Below, one piece after another: positions 29,473-38,272 of a stretch of DNA of 64,000 nucleotides. Within the stretch, counting starts at the first letter, position 1; every line of letters starts with the position of its first letter. A program made the translations under genes and the position numbers. The notes beneath the pieces were generated by a model that worked only from the letters and a program-made list of their open reading frames with translations, ran no database searches and was not told the DNA's origin. The stretch spans positions 352,001-416,000 of the forward strand of contig OY970160.1 in the NCBI GenBank assembly GCA_963706445.1, given 5' to 3'. Source of the DNA: an uncultured Nitrososphaerales archaeon. Lineage in GTDB: Archaea > Thermoproteota > Nitrososphaeria > Nitrososphaerales > Gagatemarchaeaceae.

Positions 29473-29880
29473 CTACGCCCTTCTGCCCCGGCGTCCGCCC
29501 TTCTTTCGAGTGGTGTCGTGGGGGATCGGGGTAGCGTCCTCAATCCTGCCAATCTTGAACCCGGCCCTCGCGATAGCTCGGATTGCAGCCTGGGCTCCGG
29601 GTCCCGGGGTCCTCGGTCCAGTCCCTCCCACCGCCCTTACCTTGATGTGGACGGCAGTGATCCCCTTCCCCTTCGCCACATCCGACGCAGCCGAAGCGCT
29701 CCTCATGGCCGCGTAGGGCGAAGATTCGAACCTGTCCGCCTTGACATGCCTCCCTCCTGAGGAGAAGGCAATCGTCTCGGCCCCCGTCAGGTCGGTAATG
29801 TGCACTATCGTGTTGTTATAGCTCGAATAGATATGACAGACGGCCCAGCGATTTTTCAGGACCTCTTCCTCTAAGCTCAT
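29473..29880 (-). CDS. rps11: 30S ribosomal protein S11
   Basis: [27 protein letters not shown]. Confidence 0.97.
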   Translation of the reverse strand: MSLEEEVLKNRWAVCHIYSSYNNTIVHITDLTGAETIAFSSGGRHVKADRFESSPYAAMRSASAASDVAKGKGITAVHIKVRAVGGTGPRTPGPGAQAAIRAIARAGFKIGRIEDATPIPHDTTRKKGGRRGRRA

Positions 29881-30434
29881 TACTTCGCCTCCGCCGGCTG
29901 CTCGACAGGCGCCGCCGCAGCTTCAGCAGGTTCAGGCGCGGGCGGAGTCTCTTTCGCGGACTCGCTTGCGATGAGCCTGACGTTGGGCTCTTCGGCCCCT
30001 CCTACATCGTACCCAGGCACCGTGATTATCCTCTCGCCCACTGCGATGTGCCCGTGGACTATAAGCTGTCTCGAATGGAGGGGAGAAAGCGCCATCCCCT
30101 TCTTGAACACCATTGACTGCAGCCGCCTAGCGAGCATGTCCTCGACAGTAAGGCTGAGGATGTCGTCGAGGGTCGCTTCCTCGCGGATGAGCCCCTTCTT
30201 CTTTAGACTGTCCAGGAGCTTCTTCTCTTCCCTTTCCCTGACGACCTGAGTCGCCGCGAGAAGGGTCCTAGCCTGCTTCCTGATCGAACTGAGCTGGGTC
30301 TGCGCCTTCCAAAGCTCCCTCTTGTTCCTGAGCCCGAAGGTACCGAGGAGGTAGAGTTCCTGCGCAAGCTGGTCAGCCCGCCACGGGCTGCGCGGCCTGC
30401 TGTACTGCTTCCTCGCCTTCTTCGGGTCTCCCAA
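29880..30434 (-). CDS. rps4: 30S ribosomal protein S4
   Basis: [29 protein letters not shown]. Confidence 0.97.
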   Translation of the reverse strand: MGDPKKARKQYSRPRSPWRADQLAQELYLLGTFGLRNKRELWKAQTQLSSIRKQARTLLAATQVVREREEKKLLDSLKKKGLIREEATLDDILSLTVEDMLARRLQSMVFKKGMALSPLHSRQLIVHGHIAVGERIITVPGYDVGGAEEPNVRLIASESAKETPPAPEPAEAAAAPVEQPAEAK

Positions 30435-30437
30435 ATC

Positions 30438-30932
30438 TTACTTCTCTTCCTTCTTCGCCGCTTCCTTGGCCGCCGCCACGAGGGTCGCCTTCCTGACACC
30501 TACCGTCCTTCCCTTCCTCCCAGTAGTCCTTGTCCGCTGGCCTCTAACCTTCAACCCCAGGCCGTGCCTTATGCCCTTCCAGCTCTGGATGTCCCTCTCG
30601 TCCTGGATGTCGTTCTTCTGGATGAAATCAAGGTCAGAGCCTAGGAGTTGCTTCGCTTCTCCCGTCTCCGGGTCGTATCTCCTGTTGTAGAACCACTTCG
30701 GCAGAGCCATCGTCGACGTGCTTTGAATCGCCGCTTCGATCTCCTTGACCTGCCCCTCCGTGAGCGTCCCCACTCTGACTCGCGGGTCGAGCTTCAGCCT
30801 CGTGGTGACGACGTTGGCAAAATTGTACCCCACCCCTTTCAGGTCCGAAAGGGCGACGATCAGCTTCTTCCCGCCGTCCAGGTCCCTCCCTGAAATCCTG
30901 ACGAGATGCCTGAACTCTGAGGCTTCCGACAT
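30438..30932 (-). CDS. rps13: 30S ribosomal protein S13
   Basis: GIRHGLGLKVRGQRTRTTGR. Confidence 0.97.
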   Translation of the reverse strand: MSEASEFRHLVRISGRDLDGGKKLIVALSDLKGVGYNFANVVTTRLKLDPRVRVGTLTEGQVKEIEAAIQSTSTMALPKWFYNRRYDPETGEAKQLLGSDLDFIQKNDIQDERDIQSWKGIRHGLGLKVRGQRTRTTGRKGRTVGVRKATLVAAAKEAAKKEEK

Positions 30933-31060
30933 GTTTCGAAAATGCCCTTCGCCCTTCGGTTATAAGTTTACATCGGTTGAGGCGGCCGGAAGTCAAAACT
31001 CACTCGCTGTGAGACGCGCAAATCGCGTATAAGACGGCACCCCGCCGGTGCGTCCTCAGG

Positions 31061-31513
31061 ATGAGACTGTCAAGGGTTTTCGGCATCCTCTCGCTCCTCT
31101 TGTTCATCTTCGCGATACTTTCATTTGTTCTCCCGGCCTATTCTGTCGTGTCCGGGGTTCACATCAACACGAACGGGGCCAGCAGCAATAGCATCCCGAC
31201 CGCCGTCATCTTATCGAACAACGGCTTCCTGCCGGTGAACGACATCTCCCTGATAATCACAATCTCAGCTCCCAACGGGACGACGATCAGCACCATATCC
31301 CTCGGCCCCGTCAACGTTCCTGCCGGAACCACTTTTCCATTGAGCATCGCGCAGTCAGGGATCAATACCGGCTTCAACGATACATCCGGCCTCTCTTACG
31401 TTACCCTCCAGGCTGACGCGTCGGTCAACCTTGGGGGGATAATTCCGGTCTCCGTCACCGCCGACTTCCGGATCGAACCTGGCAACGGCACGAGCACAGG
31501 AGGATCGAGCTGA
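31061..31513 (+). CDS. Hypothetical membrane-anchored/secreted beta-rich protein
   Basis: N-terminal hydrophobic helix, S/T/N-rich beta-like body; TATAAG about 28 nt upstream. Confidence 0.7.
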   Translation: MRLSRVFGILSLLLFIFAILSFVLPAYSVVSGVHINTNGASSNSIPTAVILSNNGFLPVNDISLIITISAPNGTTISTISLGPVNVPAGTTFPLSIAQSGINTGFNDTSGLSYVTLQADASVNLGGIIPVSVTADFRIEPGNGTSTGGSS

Positions 31514-31515
31514 AT

Positions 31516-32193
31516 ATGACAGCCGACTTGCTCCCGAAGCGCGGCTTCCAGGTAATCGCGGGAGGGATGGTCATTGGGGTCCTCCTCGGAGCCTTCTACG
31601 TCCTGGTGGCTTTCGGTCTACGCTACGCCGTCGGCACGCTCCAGAACTCCGTTCAGGGCTTCGGGTCGGGCGCATCGGTCAGCTTCAACGTCTTCTCGTT
31701 CATCTCGGGACCTTTCTTCATCCCCCTGGTCGTCGTCATCGTGGCCGTCAAAGTCGCCCACCGTGCGGTGAAGGAGCCGCACACGGTAAAGGGGCCTCTC
31801 AAAGTCGTCCTGGGGGCACTGAGCGGGGGTTTCTATTACCTGATCTTGGGTGGGGGGACGCTGTTCCTGACCATCGCCATCAGGGGCTCGACAAGCGGTA
31901 GTGCGGTGGCAAGCGTCTCCCTTGTCATCACTCTCGCCCTCCTTGAGCTCTCGGCTGGAACAAAGATCGTCCAGGGCCTGCTCGAGTACAGGGAGGCGAA
32001 GACGAGCCAGGCCGCGTCCACGCCCACTCCGACAGCTGCGGCCCTTGCCCAAGTGAGACAACGAGGACATGCTCCAACTGCGGGGCTCCCCTGGGAGGGA
32101 ACGACCAATTCTGCACGAAGTGCGGCTCTCAGCAGCCCCTGTCCGTGTGAATCTTCTCTCGGAGGCCCTGTTTTCCTCTTGTATCGCTGGTAA
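31516..32193 (+). CDS. Hypothetical multi-TM membrane protein; C-terminal zinc ribbon lies in the -1 frame (ends 32150)
   Basis: Hydrophobic helices; CSNC..CTKC encoded out of frame after about 32048. Confidence 0.7.
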   Translation: MTADLLPKRGFQVIAGGMVIGVLLGAFYVLVAFGLRYAVGTLQNSVQGFGSGASVSFNVFSFISGPFFIPLVVVIVAVKVAHRAVKEPHTVKGPLKVVLGALSGGFYYLILGGGTLFLTIAIRGSTSGSAVASVSLVITLALLELSAGTKIVQGLLEYREAKTSQAASTPTPTAAALAQVRQRGHAPTAGLPWEGTTNSARSAALSSPCPCESSLGGPVFLLYRW

Positions 32194-32272
32194 GCTTTTT
32201 AACCCGAACTCATTCCGGCCCGCTAAATCTGACGTCTCATGTGTGCAAATTGCGACCTAGAAGGTGTAATCA

Positions 32273-32908
32273 ATGGTTGAAGTGAAAGTCCTAGAGGACA
32301 CTGGGAATTCGGTCTCCCTGCAGCTCGAAGGAATCGACAGGTCCTACGCCAACGCTGTCAGGAGGTTCTGCATCTCCGAGGTCCCGGCCATGGCTATAGA
32401 CGACGTGGTGATACTGGAGAACTCCTCAGTCCTCTACGACGAGATACTCGCACACAGGCTGGGGATGATCCCCATCAAGACCGACCTCTCGAGGTACAAC
32501 CTCCCCGAGGAGTGCGACTGCGGCAACCCACTCGGGTGCCACAAGTGCCGCGTCTTGTTCGTCCTTGACGCCAAGGGCAAGGACAAGGTCACCACGGTGA
32601 TGTCCGGGGACCTCGTCTCAGAAGACAGGGAGATTAGACCAATCAGCGAGACGATCCCGCTCGTCAAGCTGGCCACTGGCCAGTCGGTCAAGCTCGAGGC
32701 GTACGCGCGGCTGGGCCGCGGGAAGGAGCACGCAAAGTGGCAGCCCTGCAGCATCGCCGCCCTCACCGACGGCAAAAAGGAAGGGACGTTCAACCTGACC
32801 GTCGAGTCCGCAGGGGGACTCCCGGCAAGAGAGATAGTCATGAAGGCCATCGAGCTTCTCGAGAAGAAGCTGAAGGAGATCCAGGTCGCCGTAGGTGGCG
32901 CCCAATGA
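32273..32908 (+). CDS. rpoD: DNA-directed RNA polymerase subunit D (Rpo3)
   Basis: NAVRR, NSSVLYDEILAHRLG, GKEHAKW. Confidence 0.96.
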   Translation: MVEVKVLEDTGNSVSLQLEGIDRSYANAVRRFCISEVPAMAIDDVVILENSSVLYDEILAHRLGMIPIKTDLSRYNLPEECDCGNPLGCHKCRVLFVLDAKGKDKVTTVMSGDLVSEDREIRPISETIPLVKLATGQSVKLEAYARLGRGKEHAKWQPCSIAALTDGKKEGTFNLTVESAGGLPAREIVMKAIELLEKKLKEIQVAVGGAQ

Positions 32909-33258
32909 CCTCGTCCAACCCGGTCAAGAGGCACACCACCGTGATGCTCGAGCGCGCAGGCAAGAAGCAGGAGGCGCCCATCTGGAGAGAAGCGTCCGCA
33001 ATGCTGTCGAACCCCGCCGTCAACCGCATAGAGGTCAACCTGTGCCGCATCTCGCGAATGGCCGAGAACGGGCAGGCCATCTTCGTCCCAGGCAAGGTCC
33101 TCGGGACGGGGGTCATGGAAAGAAAGCTCACCGTGGGGGCGTTTGCCTTCTCCGCCAGTGCGAAGGCGAAGATCGAGGCTTCGGGCGGGTCAGCCGTTTC
33201 AATCGAGGAGTTCCTGAAGAAGTACCCGAAAGGGAGTGGGGTAAGACTTGTCAAGTAA
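32905..33258 (+). CDS. rpl18e: 50S ribosomal protein L18e
   Basis: VPGKVLG.G, FSASAKAKI; ATG at 32905. Confidence 0.94.
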   Translation: MTSSNPVKRHTTVMLERAGKKQEAPIWREASAMLSNPAVNRIEVNLCRISRMAENGQAIFVPGKVLGTGVMERKLTVGAFAFSASAKAKIEASGGSAVSIEEFLKKYPKGSGVRLVK

Positions 33259-33688
33259 CGAGACCATCTACATCGACGCCACCAACCAGATAGCGGGGAG
33301 GCTCTCCTCGAAGGCGGCCAAGCTCATCCTCTCGGGCAAGAGAGTTATCATCGTCAACGCAGAGAAGGCACTGATTTCGGGTGACCGCACCTCGGTCATC
33401 AACCAATGGAAGGAGAAGCTTGAGTTGTCCAGCCACGTCAACCCGATCTACGGCCCCATCCACCCGCGGAGGCCCGACAACATCCTCCGAAGGATGATCA
33501 GGGGGATGGTCCCGAGGAAGAAGTCAAAGGGTCCCATCGCGATGAAGAGGCTCAGGGTGTTCATAGGGGTCCCGTCGTCGGTCGACGCCACGAAGCTCAG
33601 CAAGTTCGAGGAGACAACGGCGACCCGGCCGATCCCAGTCTACGTCACCATGGGCGACCTTTCAAAGAGCCTGGGATGGAACGAATAA
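33248..33688 (+). CDS. rpl13: 50S ribosomal protein L13
   Basis: IDA..IAGRL, NAEK, IRGMVP. Confidence 0.96.
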   Translation: MSSNETIYIDATNQIAGRLSSKAAKLILSGKRVIIVNAEKALISGDRTSVINQWKEKLELSSHVNPIYGPIHPRRPDNILRRMIRGMVPRKKSKGPIAMKRLRVFIGVPSSVDATKLSKFEETTATRPIPVYVTMGDLSKSLGWNE

Positions 33689-33690
33689 CC

Positions 33691-34122
33691 ATGCCAACCT
33701 CTACTCCGAAGGCCCAGGTCAAGAAGCCGCCGAAGCTATACTCAGGCGCGAGGAAGACAGCACGTGCCACGGCTGCCATAGTCCTAGGTGGTGGGAAGAT
33801 CAGGATCAACGGGACCCCGGTCGAGATCTGGGAGCCGGAGCCGGCGAGGCTGCACCTGCTGGGCCCCGTTCTGGTCGTGGGGGAGCTGAGAGAGAAGTAC
33901 GACATCGATGTGAGCGTCGCCGGAGGAGGGTTCATGGGCCAGGCTGACGCCGCCGCCATGGCAATCGCCAGGGCCTATGTCGACCAGGTCAGAGGGAGCG
34001 AAGTTCGGGAGAAATTGAATGCATACAATAAATACCTGCTATCGGGCGACCCGCGACAAGCTGAGCCCAAGAAATTCGGCGGTCCAGGCGCCCGCAGAAA
34101 GCGCCAGAAGAGCTACCGCTGA
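33691..34122 (+). CDS. rps9: 30S ribosomal protein S9
   Basis: GARKTARA, GGGFMGQA, EPKKFGGPGAR..QKSYR. Confidence 0.97.
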   Translation: MPTSTPKAQVKKPPKLYSGARKTARATAAIVLGGGKIRINGTPVEIWEPEPARLHLLGPVLVVGELREKYDIDVSVAGGGFMGQADAAAMAIARAYVDQVRGSEVREKLNAYNKYLLSGDPRQAEPKKFGGPGARRKRQKSYR

Positions 34123-34158
34123 CCTGGGTCGTTAAATAGAAAATCGTACTCCTCAAAT

Positions 34159-34767
34159 GTGCGCAGCCGGTTTCCTCCTCGGTTAATCAGAATCACCCGA
34201 GCCGAATTCTTGAGAGTAATGAGCACATCGGCGACGACCAAGGAAGCATCAAAGAAGCTTGGAATACCTTGCGAAGCCTTCCGTAGAATGCGAAGAAAGT
34301 TCCGAAACCCTCCGCAGAATTCGGAAGGCATTGACTTTGTAGCACTTTATCGAGCAAGACCTCCTATACCTAGAGTCATCATCCGAACCAAAGATGGGCG
34401 TCGATATGTAGGAACTCTGGTCGGCACTGAGGGTTGCGTTACATGCGCATACGCCAAACCCGCAGACACCACAGAACTCGTGATAGTAGTTGAAATGACC
34501 GATAGGGATTGGATTGTGAAGTTCTCGGAAGAGGTTGGGCTGACCCCTCCGCCAGAGATGGGCAGGGATGTCAGTCCGAAGCGAAAGGCCAAGTTCCGTC
34601 GAGCTCCCTCTGGCCTGCGCGCTTTGAGAATCCTCAAGGAGATACTCCCGTATTTGTATGGCCAGCGTCTCAGGGAAGCTCAAAGGGCGATTGAATACTT
34701 CTCTCCTTCTGGCCATGTGAAAGGAATGGTGAGGGCAGCCGAAATCTGGGGAGACTTGCGCCTATAG
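34159..34767 (+). CDS. Free-standing LAGLIDADG-like homing endonuclease (single motif) with N-terminal HTH-like region
   Basis: YVGTLVGTEGCV motif helix, 'VEMTDRDWIVKF', 'ALRILKEILPYL..R.REA'; lower GC; own TTAAATA box at 34132. Confidence 0.7.
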   Translation: MRSRFPPRLIRITRAEFLRVMSTSATTKEASKKLGIPCEAFRRMRRKFRNPPQNSEGIDFVALYRARPPIPRVIIRTKDGRRYVGTLVGTEGCVTCAYAKPADTTELVIVVEMTDRDWIVKFSEEVGLTPPPEMGRDVSPKRKAKFRRAPSGLRALRILKEILPYLYGQRLREAQRAIEYFSPSGHVKGMVRAAEIWGDLRL

Positions 34768-34821
34768 GCGATATCCATATATTCAGACTCCAAAAGCGCA
34801 GGTTTGAGTTACAGATAGCCT

Positions 34822-35031
34822 ATGATGATACCAATCCGTTGTTTCACCTGCGGGAACCTCATCGGGGACAAATTCGCTCCATTCCAGACAAGGGCGAAGT
34901 CCGGCGAAGACCCGGGCAAGGTGCTGGACGACCTCGGCCTGAAGAGGTACTGCTGCCGCAGCATGCTCATCTCATCCATCGACGTGATCGACCAGGTCCT
35001 CCCGTTCTACAGCCGGAAGGCCGAAATCTAA
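34822..35031 (+). CDS. rpoN: DNA-directed RNA polymerase subunit N (Rpo10)
   Basis: [14 protein letters not shown]. Confidence 0.97.
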   Translation: MMIPIRCFTCGNLIGDKFAPFQTRAKSGEDPGKVLDDLGLKRYCCRSMLISSIDVIDQVLPFYSRKAEI

Positions 35032-35049
35032 GGGACTGACGGATTGGGT

Positions 35050-35742
35050 ATGTCAGAGTTCGATGACGACGAAGCCGGTTCGGCCGACACCATGGTCGTC
35101 CACGGGCTCTCCGAGAAGGCCCTGTTGGCGACGGGAATCCGCATCGGCACTCCGGTGAGGACCAAGACGATGGAGCAGTTCACAGCTAGGCCCCGACCAG
35201 ACGGACTCCACATGATAGACTACGCCAAGACCCTCCAGCGCATTGACATCGCGGGCAAGTTCATCGCCTCCACGGGGGCCAAGAACACCGTGGTCTACAC
35301 CAGCCGCGAGCACGGCGCCATGGCCGTCGAGAAGTTCTGCGAGCTCACGGGCGCCATGAAGCGCATCGGAAGGTTCATGCCAGGGACCTTCACCAACCCC
35401 CTCTACCCCGGACACCTCGACGCCGAACTTGTGGTTGTGGCAGACCCGATGTCTGACGCCCAGGCCATAATTGAAGCCGGGAAGCTCGGGGTCCCGGTCA
35501 TATCGATCTGCGACACGGACAACGTCACCGACGACATCGACCTGGTCATCCCCGGCAATAATCGCGGTCGCAAGGCGATAGCGGCCATTTTCTGGCTGCT
35601 GGCGAGGGCGACCCTCACACACTCTGGCCTCCTAGCGGAGGACCAACCCATGAAGTACACCATAGAGGACTTCGAGACCAAGATGGAGGAGCAGCCGCAG
35701 TCCGACATGCTGGACGAACGCTCGTCCGACAGACCAGAATAG
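35050..35742 (+). CDS. rps2: 30S ribosomal protein S2
   Basis: GRFMPGTFTNP, CDTDN, PGNNRG. Confidence 0.96.
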   Translation: MSEFDDDEAGSADTMVVHGLSEKALLATGIRIGTPVRTKTMEQFTARPRPDGLHMIDYAKTLQRIDIAGKFIASTGAKNTVVYTSREHGAMAVEKFCELTGAMKRIGRFMPGTFTNPLYPGHLDAELVVVADPMSDAQAIIEAGKLGVPVISICDTDNVTDDIDLVIPGNNRGRKAIAAIFWLLARATLTHSGLLAEDQPMKYTIEDFETKMEEQPQSDMLDERSSDRPE

Positions 35743-35752
35743 ACAGTCGAGC

Positions 35753-36595
35753 TTGTTGATCCGAAAGCCGGCTTTCGCGGGGCAGTTCTATCCTGCAGAC
35801 TCAAGGGAGCTTTCACAGCTCATCGACAAGTGTTACGCCCACCCTCTCGGCCCCGGCAGGTCCCCGCCCGCACCGAAGACCAAGGCCAGAGCAGTCGCTG
35901 TGGCGTCTCCCCACGCTGGCTACGTCTACTCGGGCCCCGTCGCCGCCCACTCGTATCTACACGTCTCCTCGCTCGAAGACCCGGAACTTATCGTGGTGGT
36001 CGCCCCGAACCACTATGGGATTGGGAGCGGGGTGTCCATCTTCGAATCAGGGGAGTGGGAGACCCCCCTAGGAAGGATGCGTGTGGACTCGGAGGCAGCG
36101 AAGGAGCTGGAGGGTCTCACCGAACTCGTGACCGTCGACCCGGAGGCCCAGAGGCTGGAGCACTCGCTCGAAGTCCAGCTTCCGTTCCTCCAGAGGATCT
36201 ACGGGGACAAAGTCCCCTTTCTCCCGATCTCGCTTCTTTTCCAGGATATAGAAACAGCCAAGGCGATGTCGGAAGCCCTCGCCAAACTGCTGAAAGGAAA
36301 GAGGGTGGTTCTCATCGCCTCCTCGGACCTGACCCACTACGAGCCCGCCGAGGATGCGAAGGCCAAGGACACGGCCCTGCTCCAGAACGTGTTGGACTCC
36401 GACCTCGAGGGGTTCTACTCGACCCTCGAGCTGCTGAACGTCACTTCGTGCGGCTTCGGGGCCATCGCCACAGTGATGGAGACCGCCAGGTCACTGGGCC
36501 TCTCCCACCCTGAGCTTCTCAAGTACGCCACCAGCGGCGACACGAGCGGAGACAACCTTCAAGTCGTGGGGTACGGCGCCCTGAGATTCGTCTAG
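35753..36595 (+). CDS. MEMO1 family (AmmeMemoRadiSam protein B)
   Basis: AGQFYP, PHAGYVYSG, EHSLEVQLPFLQ, SSDLTHY, VVGYG. Confidence 0.94.
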   Translation: MLIRKPAFAGQFYPADSRELSQLIDKCYAHPLGPGRSPPAPKTKARAVAVASPHAGYVYSGPVAAHSYLHVSSLEDPELIVVVAPNHYGIGSGVSIFESGEWETPLGRMRVDSEAAKELEGLTELVTVDPEAQRLEHSLEVQLPFLQRIYGDKVPFLPISLLFQDIETAKAMSEALAKLLKGKRVVLIASSDLTHYEPAEDAKAKDTALLQNVLDSDLEGFYSTLELLNVTSCGFGAIATVMETARSLGLSHPELLKYATSGDTSGDNLQVVGYGALRFV

Positions 36596-36597
36596 TC

Positions 36598-37527
36598 TTG
36601 AAAGCTATCGCCGAGGCTCCGTCCAAGGCAATAATCACGGGAGAGCATTTCGTCGTCCACGGGGCTTGGGCCCTCGCGGCGGCTCTCCCCCGGAATGTCC
36701 ATGTGGAGATCAGCCCGTCTTCGAAGTTCGGGGTCTCGTCGGACAAGTTCGGTCGTGATACCACTACGGAACTCGCTCCAGTCTCGAAAGTGGTCGAGGG
36801 GATGGCCAGGGAGTTCTCGACCAAGCCAACGGTTAGGGTGCGGATCAAGAGCGATGTCCCGGGGGGCGCAGGCCTCGGATCTTCAGCCTCCACAATGGTC
36901 GCCGTCGCGTCCGCCTTCTCCCGACTGAACTCCCTTGGCCTCGGGGTGGACGAGGTCATCCGATGCGCCATGGTGGGGGAGCACGAAATCCACGGAAAGC
37001 CATCTGGGATTGACCCGACCATCTGTGCCCACGGGGGGGTGCTTCTGTTCAGGCCCGGGTCTCCTCCCAGGAGGCTCCGACTCGAGGGAACCCGCTCACT
37101 GATCATCTCCCACTCGGGCAACGTCAGGAGCACCAAGGGTCAGATCAGCCACGTCTCGGAGACTAGGTCAAGGTCCCCACACCTGTTCTCGATGCTCGCT
37201 GAAGGGGTGAGCGGACTCAGCCTTTCCGCATCCGATATGCTCCTGTCGGGGGACATGAAGGGGCTGGGAGGCCTCCTCGCGTTGAACCAGGCAGTCCTCG
37301 GTTCGGTCGGCGTCTCCACCGAGGTCCTCGACAGGATGGTCGAACTCTGCGGGTCTCTCGGGTGCTACGGCGCGAAGCTCACCGGAGCCGGCGGGGGAGG
37401 AAGTGTCCTTGCGGTCGCGCCTCAGGCAAAGGAAAAAAGGGTTGTTTCAGGGCTTCAAGCGCGAGGATTTGAGACCTTCAGAGTGAGAATCCCTGTCGAG
37501 GGAGTGAAAAGCTGGCTAGAACGGTAA
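36598..37527 (+). CDS. mvk: Mevalonate kinase
   Basis: GEHFVVHG, PGGAGLGSSA, HGKPSGID, KLTGAGGGG. Confidence 0.94.
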   Translation: MKAIAEAPSKAIITGEHFVVHGAWALAAALPRNVHVEISPSSKFGVSSDKFGRDTTTELAPVSKVVEGMAREFSTKPTVRVRIKSDVPGGAGLGSSASTMVAVASAFSRLNSLGLGVDEVIRCAMVGEHEIHGKPSGIDPTICAHGGVLLFRPGSPPRRLRLEGTRSLIISHSGNVRSTKGQISHVSETRSRSPHLFSMLAEGVSGLSLSASDMLLSGDMKGLGGLLALNQAVLGSVGVSTEVLDRMVELCGSLGCYGAKLTGAGGGGSVLAVAPQAKEKRVVSGLQARGFETFRVRIPVEGVKSWLER

Positions 37528-38258
37528 TCGCCAAGCTCGGAGGGTCAGTCATCACTGACAAGTCCAAGCCGTTCTCCTACCGTCCTGACGTGGTCTCCGC
37601 GCTGTCTGAGGAGATCGCTTCATCCGACCAGAAGGTCGTAGTCGTCCACGGGGGCGGTTCATACGGGCACGTGGTCGCCAAGCAGCACGGAATCTCGGCG
37701 GTGGTCTCTGAGGCTCCGGCGGTCGGCGTGGCCCAGACCAGAGGGGCGATGTACGAGCTCAACAGGATAGTCTGCAAGACGATGATGGAGTACAAGCTGA
37801 ACCCCTACCCGTTCTCACCCTTCGACGCTGTGAGCAGGGCGGGCAAGCTCCCGGTCGCATCCTGGCTCAAGGGGCTCCTCAAGGAGGGCCTAACCCCTAT
37901 CACCTTCGGGGACGTGACCCTCTCGCCCAACGGGTTCAGGGTCCTCTCCGGGGACGTGATCATGCAGGAGCTGGCGAAGATACTCTCCCCCGACCTTGCG
38001 GTCTTCGCCCTTGACGTCGATGGTGTGTACGAGGAGAACACCAGGGTCATCGTCCAGGAGCTGTCCCCTTCCAAGATCAGGAGGATGTCCGTCCCAGATG
38101 GAGACGACGCCACGGGGGGAATGAAGCTCAAGCTCGACGTGGCGGCACGCATCGCCGCAGGAGGGACGAAGGTCTGCTTCGTATCCGGATATCGTAGGAA
38201 CGAGTTCTCCAAGGCCCTCCGCGGACTCGACTTTTACGGGACCGTAATCAGGTCCTGA
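37512..38258 (+). CDS. ipk: Isopentenyl phosphate kinase (probable CTG start)
   Basis: KLGGSVITDK (upstream of the track start), VHGGGSYGH, SGD, DATGGMKLK. Confidence 0.9.
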   Translation: MARTVIAKLGGSVITDKSKPFSYRPDVVSALSEEIASSDQKVVVVHGGGSYGHVVAKQHGISAVVSEAPAVGVAQTRGAMYELNRIVCKTMMEYKLNPYPFSPFDAVSRAGKLPVASWLKGLLKEGLTPITFGDVTLSPNGFRVLSGDVIMQELAKILSPDLAVFALDVDGVYEENTRVIVQELSPSKIRRMSVPDGDDATGGMKLKLDVAARIAAGGTKVCFVSGYRRNEFSKALRGLDFYGTVIRS

Positions 38259-38272
38259 CGGTACCAGGAGGT

